Shown: positions 25,001 to 40,000 of the stretch, in pieces | Layout of the letters: the number at the start of each line of letters is the position of its first letter | Numbering within the stretch: position 1 is the first letter of the stretch | From: Camelus ferus | Taxonomy: Eukaryota | Length of the DNA stretch: 64,000 nt | Assembly: GCF_009834535.1 (NCBI RefSeq) | Contig: NC_045696.1 | Span: 47,184,001 to 47,248,000, forward strand | Reading direction: 5' to 3' | Program-made: the position numbers and the translations under genes | Notes under the pieces: generated by a model | The model's database searches: none | Seen by the model: the letters and a program-made list of their open reading frames with translations, nothing else | Told to the model about the DNA's origin: nothing

Positions 25001-28000
25001 ACATTTTTAAATTATCAAATATACCTCAGTAGAAAAATAAAATTGAGATCCACTTGGAAAAACATAAAGAGAAAACCATAGCCACTGTCAAAAATTGGCA
25101 AATAGACCCACTAAGTAAAAACCACTCAATTAAATTCTTACCTTTTTCATATAAACCTGCAAATGAAGGATTATGACAGTAAAGTAATATCATGATATTA
25201 AAATTCAAAATCATAAAAGATGTCTTGATCTCTATTTACCTTTATTTAAGGCTGAATTAATTTCTTAATACAATTAATTATAATAATCATTGTTATTTGT
25301 TAGTATTAATAATAGGTTTTTTTCTAACCAAAGTAGATCTTAAGATTTGCACAGAATGAATCTCATGCTTTGACTACATTTTCTGACATTCAATTCACAT
25401 ATTCTTATCCCCTTGTAACTAGATATACTTACATCAAGCATCTCAAAGCCAGTGATGTCAAGAATGCCAATGAAGAACTGCCTTGACTGCTTGGCATCCA
25501 GGGCCCTGTTGATACGTGCCACCAGCCACTTAAACATCCTCTCATAGATTGACTTAGACAAGGCACCAACAGCATAGGTCACCTGGAAATCACATTGAAA
25601 GCACTCCTTCATCTGACAGCAGTGTTCATTTTGATCCTGGGTGTTCTCTATCAGCAACCACCTTCTAGTAAAACCAGGATATATTTATCCCTTTCTGTGG
25701 TTCTAGCTGAATGCTGAATACAATGAAAAGACAGAAAAAAGAAGCAGGAAGGGAGGAGAGTGAGAAAAGAAGGAGAGAGGAGGAGAGGGGAACAGAGGTA
25801 GGGGAAGAGAGGTGAGCTGGCCTGGTACCTCCCTACCCAATGATCTTGTGAGAGAACTCATGTTCCTATTACTAAGGGACCAAGCATCCTACGGTAGGGT
25901 GGCAACATGTTCTAAAGCCTTGCTGTTCAAAGTGTGGTCCTAAGACCTGCAGCATCAGCATCTCCTGAGAACCTGTTAAAGATGCCATCATTCAGCATCT
26001 TGTCCCTAACACAAACCCCTGTGATTCCTGCTCACCATAAAGTTTGAAAAATACTGGGAGAGTAGGTTAGGAACCTGGGGTTCCTAGTCTGTCCTACCGC
26101 TGCTGTTTCTAATAAATTGTATAAGCCTTGACAAGTGACCTAACCTCTCTGGGCTGCAGTCTCTTCACTTGAATTATGCGCTTGAAGGTTTTTTCCAGCC
26201 TCAGCTTCCCCTCTCATGATAACATTAGTTCCCAGAGCAGCTCTCAACTCCATGGAGGGAGAATGGCAATTTAGTGCATCGTTCTGACTCAGATTCTCCT
26301 ACTGTAAAACTCGGGCTGCATTTCCCCTCCCTGGAGGTGTGTGGCAAAGGCTCTCTCTGTAACCTCCTGGGGAGAGCTGTACAAATGCAGATCCTGCCGC
26401 CATGATGCAAAGGCACTGCCTACATAATATCAGGTTTCGTAAGACTCCAAGCAGGAGTGAATTTCAGCTGGACAGTCTCCAAGCCTGGAAGCAGAATGTG
26501 CTCCAACGGCTTAACAGTTAAAATAGGCCTATCGCATCCATCCTTCAGCTGCCCAGGAGAGCACACGCAGCAGGAGCCAGTCGGTGTCTGGTGGTGATTT
26601 AGTTATGAGTCACCTACTCCTTGATCAGTTATCTTGAGTCATTTCCACAGCAATCCATAAGCTGGCTGGCATCACAGTTTTTTATTATTGGAGTCAAGAG
26701 CACACCCGCGTGAATAAAGCACCAAGAATGATTTTTATCCTCCGGAGCACCGAGGAAATCACTCTCTGTCCACAGCAGTCACTTTGAAAGTTTAAAAAAA
26801 CATGACTAACTTGCTCACCCCTTTTTAATTCCCCAAATACTCAAGAGGTGTCAGTGGGAGAGGACCCCTTTGGCCAGGGATGGGGAGTAGCTAAGAAACG
26901 GGAAGAAAGCCTGAAACTGTAGCAGAGGAAGAAATGGATGGTATGATGTCTGCTAAATTAATAAAAGCAATAATCCAATATACTGCTCACCACTTAATCA
27001 TTTTCATTATTTTCTGTCCAGTGAAGGAGGAATGAGGCAGAACATTTGACACATCCACTTTTCAGGGACTACATGGACCCATGTCTGAGCTCTTCTTAAA
27101 ATAACCTCACAGAAGACTGATTACTGGGGGCCAACAGTATATAACAGGAAAAACAAAACCAAAAAGAAATGGAGTCAAATAACCATATCTTTAAGCACTT
27201 TGATCCCTGCCTTTTACATATGTGAAATAACAATATTAAAATATGTGTGTGTCATGGTCGTTGGGAGCGATTTAATGAGACAGAGGATGTAAATATCCAC
27301 AGCAGAATATTTGGCACTTAGAATCCAGTAACTGTTAGTTCTGCTCTTCCCATCCCCTGTCCACTTTTATCACTTCCTCATCCTCGCTCCAGTATTTACT
27401 ATCCGTGTTACCTTGAGTAGTTAATCTTTCTAAGGTTCACTGTCTTTAACTATAAAATGGAAATATAAATAAGATCAACTTTGCAGGCTTGTGTCAGATT
27501 GAACGAGATATCCATACAAAGCACAGAGCAGACACAGCATCCCTAGTGAGAATTCAGTGGCTACTGATTATAATTATTGTTTTTACCATTATTGAGCTTT
27601 TTAAAGTAAAATAACTTACTTCTAATAGGCATGGCTAGAACTCTCATGGAATCATAAAATACTAGACCTGAAGAAACTTAGTGCCTGATCATCACGTCTA
27701 GGGGCTTTCAACTCCGGATGGTACCTCCCCCAAGGGAGGAGGGCATTTGGAAAAAGGGTAGGCATTTTCCCATCGTCGTAGTGACTGAGATCAATGCTGG
27801 CATTTAGCACATGGGAGCAGGAAAGCAAAACCTCCTACAATGTGTGGGACACTTTCATATCCAAAGGATTATCCCTTTTAGAAGCCAATCACCCCTCCAC
27901 TGAGACATACAGAAGAATTCAGCCTCTTCACTGGGGTACTCAGAGAGATGGAGCATTTGACCAAGGTCCCAGAGTTAGTTAGCATTGGAGCTACAATGAA

Positions 28001-31000
28001 ATTGTGTACAGAGTGTTAACACCACAAGAGTTTTTGTCATCTTTTGCTTGTCATCAACAGAGTATATACATTTCTATTCTTAGCAGTGACAATTGTCTCA
28101 GTAAAGGCAGTAAAATTCCTAAGAAAAGAAAGGCCTTACAGTGTGCTTTCTTACTCTATCTTCAGGAGAGAGAGGAAAAGAGAGAGAGAGAGAGAGAACT
28201 CACGAGCAAGGGGCTGGTGGGGAGCGGGGAAAGGGTGGAGAGGATGGAGGACGAGGGTGTTTCTTCCTTTATTGTTGAATAATAATGTATTAGCTTGCTT
28301 CACTGGTTCCATTATAGTAAAGGCTGGTGTGGTAACTCAGTCCCTGAGAGCACAATATTAAAGAGACGAAGGTTTGATTTCAGTCCTCCTATGGGCTCAT
28401 TAGTTTTACACAGAGCAAGTCTTTGTTCTATAATCATAGCATATCATGCATGGATGTGATGGTGAATGTCTTAAAGGGCAGGAAACTGCCAAACACCTCT
28501 AACCTCACTACCAAGAAATAGCCCAACTACTTGTCCTGCTGAGCATCACTCAATATTTAGTTTAACATGTATGGAGAGTCTTCTGCTTGCAGGGCATTGT
28601 ACTAGATGCTGGGGTATGAGATGAATTAGACACAATCCATGACCTCAAGAAGCTCAGGTTACCCTGGAGGATAAACATGTAAACAAATTGTTCCAGTATA
28701 ATTGGTATTATGGTAGAGGTTGAATTATTGATTTATAGAGTAAGGTCAGCTAGGAAATTCATTATGATTAGTTGTTGAGATGCTTTAAACAACACCGTCA
28801 CACCAGATGCCTTAAAATACCAAAATAGAGTTCACTGTAGTCAAAATAACTGTCTTCTATCACAAATTTACACATTTGTCTCTCTTTTGCAGATTTAAGG
28901 TGTATATACAGAGTAAGACAATGTGAGTGTCACCTGAACACTAGCTCTGTGTTCTTTGGAATGTTACTTATGTTCCCCAATCCTCAGTTTTCTCACCTGG
29001 AAAAAGCCTAAGTTAAGTATACTTGCCCTATTAGCCTTATAAGAACAGAAGGAGATAATACCTGTGAATACTTTACATATATATATGTGATCAAACACTT
29101 CCTTTCTCCAGAAAGAATACATTTCTCAACCCCCCTATAGCGAGGAAGATAAAATGACTAATTCTCACCAATAGAATATTAGCAAGAGTAGTATCACTTC
29201 TAGCCCCAAGCAGTTAAGGTGGGTGTACATTCTGCACAAATTATATTTTTCCCTGCACAGCAACATTGGAGACCATGTGTTCCAGATGGCCTAAGTGCAA
29301 AATTAAAGAAGGCAGTCCCATCTGTATTGGACTTGGAATGAGTAAGAAATAAATCCCTATTTTATTGTCACTGAGATTTTAGTGTGTATGTGTCACTGAA
29401 GCATGGCCTATCTCATACTGACTAACATACTACAGATATAAATTATTATTTTGAAATGCACTAGCATACTTAAGTGGTCTCATTACCTGGCAACCCTGGG
29501 AATATTTACTGCAAAGCCTCAGGATTAGCAATCCTCAGAGCACTCATTATTCTATCATTAAAACATTCTCCTGGCTAGTGAACAAAACCTATATGACCTT
29601 CCATCTCTCATTTCTGTTCTCATTTTCCCCCTCCATTCAAATGTTAACATCAGCATATGTTCTGAAACCTCTTCTTAAGGAATGTGTCGGATAGCCTAAA
29701 AAAGTCAATATTCCAAATAGATAATAGATGTCAATTGACCAATTTTCTTCATGTCAGGAACCAATAGCTTTAGAAGATTCTTACCTAAACAACAAAGAGG
29801 TTAATTACTACAAGTAAAGGACTTGCCTGAATCTGCTATGAAACTTGTTACCTAAGGGAAAACTATCAAAATGGTATATTTCACACTGGAAAGACTCTTA
29901 ACACAAGAACATTTACTGTAGTGTGTGTCACTGATGAAAACATTCTGAATAGTCATCACAGTAACTCTTCAGCACTTTTTCATCGAAGCTCTGATTGCAG
30001 ACATCATCAGAAGTTCAAAAATAAAAAAATACACTATGTGTACAATTATTACAAGATTATAGAATCGTAATGCTCTGGAGATATCTTACCTGTTCTACAT
30101 TTTGACTTCTAGTAACATATTCATTACCAACTCTGATTCTCGGATGGATCAAGCCCTTCACCAACTCAGAGGAGTTAATGCCCATGAGGAAAGCAGCTTT
30201 GTCAGCATCTGGTCAGAAGAAAAGAAGAAGGGAAGGAAGGAGGGAGAGAGAAAAAGAGAAGAAAAGGAGGAGAGGGGAACAGAGGAAGGAAAACACTTCT
30301 AAAATTCATTCCACCATAGCCAAATAGACTACGCAGATGAAAGGATGGCATGTTTAGTTGTAGCAAAGTAGGTTGTAGTTTTGAAATAAATGCATGAATC
30401 CTAAATGTTTAAAAGCTATTTCTTGGAAATCCAAATCAAAACCACAATGAAATGCTACTTCGCACCCATGAAAATGGCTATAATCTGAATGACAGACAAT
30501 AATGGGTGTTGGTGAAGATGTGGAGAAATTGGAACCTTCAGACACTGCTAGACTGTAAATGGTACAGTCACTATGGAAAACCATAATAATTTGGCAGCTA
30601 CTCCAAAGTTAAACAGCGTTACTCTAGGATCCAGAAATTCCACTCCTAGGTATATACCCAAGTGAAATAAAAACATATGTTCCCACACACACAAAAAAAT
30701 TGTCCACAAATGTTCCTGGTGGCATAATTTATAATGGTCAAGAAATAAAAAACACACAAATGTCCATCAACTGATGAATGGATAAACACAATGTGGTATA
30801 TTAATACAATGGAAGATTTTTTAGCCGTAAAAAGGAATGCAGTATTGATGCAGGCTGCAACACGGACAAGGTTTGAGAACATTCGAGTAAGTAAAAGAAG
30901 CCAGACACAAAGGCCATATATTGTATGATGTTATTTGTATGAACTGTCCAGAAGGGGCAAATCCACAGAGACAGAAAGTAGATTTGTAGATGCCGGGGGC

Positions 31001-34000
31001 TAGGAGAGAAGGGAATGGGGAGTAACTACTATTGGGTACAGGATTTCTTTTTAGAGAAATGAAATTTCTGGAATTTGATAGTGGCGATGGTCACACAACC
31101 TTATGAATATGCTCAAACTCACTGAACTGTATATTTTAAAAGGGTAAATTTTACAATATGTAAATTATAGCTCAATTTTTAAAAATAATCTATTTCTTGA
31201 TATTGGCCCTCTTCTGAAAAGAACTGTCTATCTGAAGGACATGAAAAATCTCATTTTTTATTAGTTGCCTATTTCCCTCTTCTACATATATATGTGTAGA
31301 TCCTTTCAATGAAAAATGAAACAGGAACTTGACCGTGTAATTCGATAATTCAAGACAACCACCAATTAACAGAAGCCAGAACACTTGTCCAGTATCTGTC
31401 AAAAACCTTCCCTTTTCCTCTGCAGTCTCTGCTCCACAGTGCTCTTTGCTTCCTAACAAGAGTACTTACAACCCACACAACTGTACATTCATAACACAGT
31501 ACTTCTATTTTCTAAGGAAAGAAAGGAAGAATAGCGAGTGTTATCAGAAGGAAAGGTAAATAGGCACGTATCACATCAGGTGTTAAAAAATGACAATGAC
31601 ACAAAAGAATGCCACAGGCAAAAAGTTATAAGCACATTTCAAATCGCAGATTTTTTCAGTTATCAGACAAAAGGAATATTTTGCTCAACTAAAACCTCTC
31701 TGTTGTCTTCCATTTTAAATGAATCCAGAGATATGCTAGTATATCTGATGTAGTCACTCTGTAAAACAATGTCTCAGAAGAGAAGGAAATGCAGTCTTTC
31801 CTTTGTTCACTAAGAAGTAAAAAATTTCCTGAGCAATAACCACAAATCAAGAATAAAGTAAAGACAATACACAATTAGAGAGCTATATGTCATTTATATT
31901 AATAATATCCATTTCCTTTTTGTGGCCTTTAAAATTTTTATAAAGGCTTAAAAAGCTTGAAATGCTTGATTAACTTGTTAACTAAAATCAATATGTATTG
32001 TACACACGCTCCTACAAGCGGTGCACCTACTCCATGTCAACGGTAATGCCGAGGTACTCAGTTGCTATGAAACCTTCCAAAATGCAAAGCCTGTTTAGGA
32101 ACATAAATGGAAAAATCAAAAGTGGAGCAGACATGCCTGTCTTATGCTGAGTTATCCCCGCTAAGAATGCCATGTTAGGAGACAAAATCCTGATTATTTC
32201 AAGTTGAGAAGCCAAGTGGGTCAGGATCACAGACTTTTTGAACTAGAAGAGACTTTAAAGAGCATCTAACCCCAAATGAAAATATTCCAAAGAAAGGGAG
32301 AAATGTAACATGCCTGATGAACCTGAGTGAAGATGGACAGTAACCAATAATGTGAAAAGAAACAATTCCACAGTATCTGTCTAGGGAAAAAAGATGAGAG
32401 TTCAGTTTTCTATGCTTTGGAAGCATTCAGCTGGACAATGTTGGTAATAATAGTCTCAATTTCATACAACCTTGTTCCAGTGTTGATGACAGTCCTTTGA
32501 GTCTATTTTTATCCATGAACAAAGGAAACCCAAATTCTCTGTACAGTATCCCACCTTAAGCTCTAACAGAAATAGCATCCAACATTGCAAAATTATTTCT
32601 CACTCACTCCTGAGATAGTCAAGGGTCTGCAGACAAAGGAAGAGTGTGCCTTGGATTTTACCCCGCAGGTGTACAACATATATAACATGTTTTCCTTTTT
32701 TTAAAAATTTTTTTACAGAAAACACTAGTAGTCATAATGTTCCAAAAAAAAAATTACTTCATTTGCACTAAAAGCCAACAGCCAAGACCAAAATAGTTTA
32801 AAACTATAAACAAACGTCCTTCCGACATTCAGGAAATGCTATCGTGAATACAGCATTATCTATAAACATATTTTCATCACATGACCTGATGTGTTCCCAA
32901 AGAGGCTTTATTACATTCCCACCAATAAACATCATTCCCTAGGGCGTCCATGGACTTTTGCTTGGTTGTATAATCTTACCTGAGAGAGGTTTAGCTAGAG
33001 GGGTTCTCACAGGTTAGTGTGGATCAGAACAGCCTGGAGAGCTTATAAAGGAAGAAAGGGCTAGCTCACTGCAGCATATTAAGGTCTGGGCCTATTTCTA
33101 GCATGTTCACCAGGTGATTCGGATACACATGAAGGTCTGAGAACAGTCCTTCATAGAGGGGCCTTGGCTGCACACTGGGGTCACCTGGCAAGTTGTAAAA
33201 ACATACACTGATGTCTGCATCCACTGTCAGAGGTTGGTTACCTTTGGTCTGGGTGAGGCCTGAGCCTCAGAAATCTGAAACTCCCCAAGTGATTTGGATG
33301 TGCAGCAAGTTTGAGAACTACTCTCTAGAGAGTGGTCTCCAGGTTTGTTAAGTTCATTTAGAAGAAGATGGAAAGAATCAAGTTTGACTTCACCTCAAAA
33401 CAGGTGGGAGATAGAGAAAAACAAAGTCCAGTCTAGTGCCCCAACTGTAAATGACGAGATATAAAGAAGGGAAGAGATAGTTTTGTCAAATCACAGTCTG
33501 GCTAATGTGAAAAAGGAGTTTTAAAAATGACCTTCAAATAGTCTTTGATGGAGGGTTATAATATGGTTTCTGAGCTGTTCATGTTTCCTTAATCTATTGA
33601 ACAGATTTTCTGAGCACTTGCTATGTGCAAAGCCTGGTACTAGATGCTGTAGTAAGAAGATAGATAAACAAGACAAAAATCCTTGACATCAAGTTTATAA
33701 TCCGTGAAAGTATCTAAAACATGGGGGAAAAAAGGCAAGCCAATGAGACAACTGCCTAGAAGTGACAAATGGAGTATCATGAAAGTTTGAAAGAGAGAGA
33801 GATCCCTTCTGGATTGCATGACCAGGGAAGATTTCAAGAAAAAAATAGCATTTGATCTGGGCCTTGAAGGATGAGAAGGGCTTTGATAGATAAATAGGGG
33901 AGAACATGCATTTCTGAAACAGAGAACAGCATGACTTAAAGGCCCAGAGGTGAGCGAGTCTCTGCAGCGATGCTCAAAGATTCGGATCGGACCATGAAGT

Positions 34001-37000
34001 CAGGGAGTGAGAGAAATAGAAGAGGGGGTGATTTATGTTTGCAGGAGACATCTGATGCCACTGTTAGGTATTAGTTAAATAATGGAAAAACATTAAAGGG
34101 GCTTTTAGCAGAGAAATGACTTAACTAGAGTCTGGCTTCAGGACAGTTAATTTTGTGGAAGTTTGCAAAACAGACCAGAGTGAGAAGATTACAGAGAAAG
34201 TGAACCCACAGTGGGATGCCAGAGTACAAGGCACTGAAAGTCGAAACTAGTGATAGGAAAGGGAAAAAGAGAGACGGAGAAACATGACTAAGAGGTTTCC
34301 AGCCTGAGGAGCAGAGAGAAGAGCAGTATCGTGAATATGAATAGAATGTTCATATTCACAGGGGGAGAAGATGATGTGCTGAGTTTCAGCCATGCAGAAT
34401 TTAGGACACCAGAGAACATGCAGTAGCAAGTCAGATATGTGGGGCTGGAATTTAAGAAAGAGGTAAATGCAAGGATGCCCCCTTAAGTTTGAGGCCCATC
34501 CCCTTTCCACCCACTTCTCCATCTGTCCTGCTCCTTCATCTGTCCAATCCCTTCCCAAATGACCAACTGTGAGAAAATTCCCAAAGTTTAATATATTAAG
34601 AGCCCTTAGAAATCAATAAGAAAAATCCAGTGCCTCAATTTTTAAAATCAGCTGATAGAAACAAAAATTCAAAAAAGAAACAATACAAATAGGTAATAAC
34701 CTACCAAAAAGTTAACTTTATTAATACTTAAGTATAAAACAAAACCTGGCTAATTGGCAAGAGAAAAATAATTAACTTCTAACATTGGTGACCAAAGTGA
34801 GAAAGTCACTCAACTACAAAAAGACACAACAAATATATCCTATGGCATTAACAGTTCTTGATTGTTTTGAATAAGCAGGATCCATTCAACAAATAATTAT
34901 TTGCTACTATAGTAAATGCTACTATTATACAAACGTTAGGCATTGTATTAAAATCTAGAAATACAGAAATGCACACCGAACTAGGTTCTTGTTCTTATGG
35001 AGTTTATATCTGATGGAAATTGGGGGGGGGGGGGGTAGGACAGACAAAAATAAATACATGAATGACACAAAGAAAAATATGCAGAGTAAGGACAAAATGA
35101 CAGGGAAGTATTGGGGGCAATTAAGGAAGGGTTTGGGGGTAAAGCAACATCCAAGAAGACATCTTAATGAAGTGAGGGAGTAAGCCATGAGGATCCCTAG
35201 GAAAAGAGCTGCCGATAGAAGGAAGAGTTAGTGAAAAAGTTCTGCAACAGGAGTGCTCACACGCCCCCCAAAAACCAAGAGACCAGTGGGCTGAGGGAGC
35301 AGAGTGGGAGAAGGGGGAAATGGTAGGTGGGGGCTCTGCACCTGATTTCAACAGCAGTGGTGGCTGCGGAGGAGGGGAGTGAGGAGAAGCACACCCCAGG
35401 CAATCCTGTGACACCAGCTGAACACTCTACAATTCAACTGAATTCTTACACTAACTACCTGGAGATGGCGTCAGATTCCGCAGGTTAAGAGTTCAGTCCC
35501 ACAAGACTGCTCCCCCAACTTCAGGTGCTAATTGAAAGTCCAAGTTGTCACTTGGGCTCCTGAACAACCAGCTATATAGGTCAAAGATCCCAACGACCCC
35601 CTCCTTGGGTTCAATCAATTTGCTAGAAGCTCACAGAACTCAGAGAAACATTTTACTTACTGGATCAACAGTTTATTATAAAGGCTATCACTCAGGAGCA
35701 GCCAGATGGAAGAGGTGCATTGAACAAGGTATGGAGAAGGGGAGCAGAGCTTCCATGCCCTCTCCAAGGATGCCAGTCTCCCCAGATCTCCATGTGTTCA
35801 CCCACCTGGGAGCTCTCTCTGTCCCTTTGGGTTTTTATGAGGTTTCATTACATAGGCATGTTTGATTAAATCATTGGCCACCAGTGATTGAACTCAATCT
35901 CCAGCCTCTCTCCTCTGTCCTGTTGAGGGTGGGACTGAAAGCTCCAACTCTCTAATCACATCGTTAGTTCTTGTGATGACCAGTCCCATCCTTAGCTACA
36001 ATCCAAAAGTCACCATATTAATATAAAAGGCACCTTTATTGCTCTCATCTCTTAGGACATTCCAAAGCTTTTAAGAGCTCTGTGCCAGAAACTGGGACAA
36101 AGACCAAATATAAATTTCTTATTATAAATCACAATATCACAGTAGGAGATGGGATTAGAGAGAGATTTAGAGAGACATCAGGGAAGACAAGGAGACTGTG
36201 ATGACAATTTGGGGCTTATTTTGAGTAAGATGGGAGCCATTGGTGAGCCTAGGACAGAGGAAGGGACAAGGACTGGCTGACACTCTGAAAGGGTCACTGC
36301 TGGCTGTCATATGTAGAACTATGGTAATGGGACAAGGGTGGAGACAGGGAGACTAGTAAGGGGGCTGCTGCCGTCATCCTGTAAGAAATGATGGCTCAGG
36401 CTGGGTGGTAGCAGTGAACATGGTCATTGTGGTAGCTGTGAGTTTTATATATATTTAAAGGTAGGGACAAGAAGAAGAAAGTAGAGACAAAAAGAAAAAG
36501 TTCAGGATGACTTGTAGATGTGAGTCAGGGCACCTGGGAGAATCTAGCTGACATTTATTAAGAAGACTGAGAAATGAAGAGTTAGCAGCAGGGGCAGAGA
36601 AAGATGAAGAGTTTGGTTCCATATAGGCTGAGTTTGAGATGATCAGCGAAGACAGGAGCAGAGAAAAGTTCCAAGGGCTGAGCCTGCAGCCCTAAAGCAG
36701 TTAGAAGAAGGGAAGGCGAGGGTGCTGCAGCTAAGAACTCAAGGAGGAACCACCAGGCAGACGGGATGAGATAACTCGTTTCATTTACTTATCTGTATTT
36801 TCTGATTAATAAGTATGCCTTGCTTTCATAATAAAAATCATTCAAAAAACTGATATAAGATATTTTCCCATATTGCACTATGGGGAGGTCGTTCTGGCTT
36901 GTACCTGAGTTAAACTGAATTTTGTGCTAAACTAAAACAGCCTGTTTGTGGCCTATCAAACATACATTGTACATCTGCTTTAATTATTAAAGAAAAGGGT

Positions 37001-40000
37001 GCATTGAACAGAAGTAAAGAATGCCCATGTTAAAAATAAAGATTAAATGCCTCCCTTCCCTGGACGCTAATGCTGGTACTCCTTTGATGATAAGACTCCT
37101 TTCCTAGGTGCCACATTCATACTGATTGTCTATGTACATGCCTGTCTGTTTTTGTTTGAAACCTTGAAGGAATCTACCCGACTCATTTGATGTCCTTTGT
37201 TCTGACAAGACATAAAACTATGCCGAAACCATGCTTCTCCAGAGCAATTTCTTCAGAGTTACCCAAAAGGCTGTCTTCCAAGTTATAGTCCTCAGTTTGG
37301 CTCAAATAAAACTCTTTTCTATTCCTATTATAGATTGTTTACTGATTATTTTTATCGACAAAATCATGCTTCAAAAGGTGGGAAAAGAAAAAGAAAAACA
37401 ATGACAAAAATAAAGCAACAAGATGCCATGAAAGCGTATATTAATGTTAATATACAAGATGTTTACACTATCTTCAAAGCACACTCTCTCACTTTATTCT
37501 TGTCTGAGCTCAAGTGTCTTCTTCTCTAAGGGGACTTTCGGACCACCCTATCAACAATAACCCCCTCACTCCTATGATTCCTATTTTTTCATTATGACTA
37601 CATGCATATTTGTCTGCTTATGTATATATTGTCTGTCTCCATACTTGACGGTCAAGACAGGGATGGTATCTTGTTCACAGGTATATCTCTAGCACCAAGA
37701 ACAGTCTCCAGCACAGATTGGTCTCAGAAATTATTTGTTAAACAATAAAAACCAACCAATCCAATTCAAAAATGGGCAAAGCATGTGAACAGATATTTCA
37801 CCAAAGAAGATACACAAATAGTCAATAAGCACATGAAGGATACTCAACACCACTAATCATTAGGGAAATGCAAATCAAAACCACAATGAGATATCACCTT
37901 ATACCTATTAGAAGGGCTCTTACCAGAAAAACCCCAGAAAGCAATAAATGCTGACAAAGATATAGAATAATTAGAACCCTTGTGCATTGCTGGTGGGAAT
38001 GTAAAATGGTGCAGTCACCACAGAAAACAGTATGGTGGTTCCTCAAAAATTAAACATAGAATATCTGCTTAATTCAGCAATTCCACTTCCAGGTATGTAC
38101 ACAAAAGAACTGAAAGCACAGACTTGAACAGATATTTGAACACTAGTGTTCACAGAAGCATCACTCACAATAGTGAAAAGTGAAAGCAACTCAAGCGTCT
38201 ATAAATGGATAAACGGAAAGTAGAATATACATACAGTGGAGTAACATTCAGCCTTAAAGAGGAATTAAATTCTGACACATACTACAACATGTCTTAAAAA
38301 CATTATACTAAGTGAAATAAACCAGGCACAAGAGGACAAATACTGTATGATTCCACTTGTATGGGATACCTGGAGTGGTCAAATTCACAGAGACAGAAAG
38401 TAGAATAATGATTTCCAGGGATTAGGGGAAGGGGGTAATAGGGGCTCATTGTTCTTAGGTACGGAGTTTCAGTTTTGGATGATGAAAAAGTTCTGGAGAT
38501 GAACAGCGGTGACAGTTGCAGAACAATGTGGAAGTATCTAATGCCACTGAAATGTATGCTTAAAAATGGTTAAAACTCTATGTGGTGTATATTTACCACA
38601 ATTGAAAATATAAAGTTAAAAAAAATTATTGAAAGATTTGAATGAATGTCATTTCTTCCTTTTTGTTTCAGTTGCCAGGAATTTTAATGTTAAATGAAAT
38701 AATTATAACAACTGTGATTCCTTCTTTTCATAATTGTGATTTTCTATTTTGATGATCATTCTAGACAGATCATTCATTGTAAATCTTTTTGGTAAGCAGG
38801 CATGACTATAGATTTTTAGAATGTGAATTAAAAAACAAAGAGAAATGAAGCCACAGTGTTTTCAACGCAGTGGAAACCCCACCTTTGGAATTCTAAAGAT
38901 CTTTGTTCCCACCTCCATTATGTCACCCAATACGTCTTATGGTAATCTGTCTGCTCTTTTCTCTGCTTCTTTCAGTAGTCTATATGCTGAAGGCAGACTG
39001 TGTCTTAGTCAAGCCTCTATCACCCAGGTAGCAAATTTACTGGCATTGTCAATAATTAATTAAGTAATGCTTCTTAGTCTGAGATACGAGGATTCTATAT
39101 TAGAATAGTGGTTGACAGAATCATTTTGAGGAACAGCAATTAAGGGAGATTGCTGATTAATTTCAACATTTTCCAAAAACCAAGACGTGAGGTTAACCAC
39201 AAGTAAAAGGGAGCAGGCCTGGGGTCAGGGATCTGAAGAGAGTATATGGCCATATCTTCAAAGTAATCCTTACTTTCTGTGCCATCTGCTTCCACTTGCT
39301 CTTCTCTGGGTTTCTGTTTAAATGTCATGTTTCCAAAGTGCAGGATGGCACCAGTGAGTTTATAGGCTCCATGCTTCTCATGAGGAAGAAAGCCCAAGAT
39401 GTCCAAGGCTCGCTGTAAAAAGAAAAGCAGATGGCCAAGTTCTTCATTTGCCTAATGGCTGCAGTGAGTGCCTCACCCCCGCTGTGTGTCACACCTCCCT
39501 CCGCTCCGTGGGCTATGGGCTGCCGAAGGGAAGAAGGGAAGAAGATGGATCACTGCCACAGCCCCAATGTGTAACAGCTCCGTTCAAAGCTGTGCAAATC
39601 GGCCCTGTTGGCACTTGGTCACCTGCAGTCTGCTTATCCCTTTAAAAGAGAATTAGGAAGGCAAATGACTTGACTTGTTTAATTTCCAGTGGTTTTAGAA
39701 CTTCCCTCCTAATGACTTGCTCCCCTCCTCTCCCTTCCAACAATCCACCATTAACTGGCTCTACGAGGTACATTACTTTGCCTTTCATGGTTACAGAAGG
39801 AAGTAGCACCATATCTGATAGGGTGGCTTATTTCTGGGATCCCATATGTTCCCCCAACTTTATCCCAGTGCAAGTCCATTTCAAAGACTGGCAAAAGGAA
39901 GTGTTTAAGAAAAGAAAAACCATGTCACCAAAGAACAGCATCCTAACAAGCCACTGCACATGGTAAGATGTGTGTTCTCACACCCGCCAGGAGGGTGGAA

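Noticed and set aside
25442..25459. Switch II DITGFE instead of DIAGFE as a lineage-specific lesion
   Set aside because: As I recall, human MYH15 also has DITGFE, so I treat it as a paralog feature (needs confirming by alignment)
28322..28400. tRNA gene
   Set aside because: A/B boxes are degenerate and no cloverleaf is evident; better explained as a SINE head
35022..35035. G14 homopolymer as a functional G-quadruplex
   Set aside because: Isolated run inside an L2-like relic; homopolymer length is error-prone and there is no supporting context
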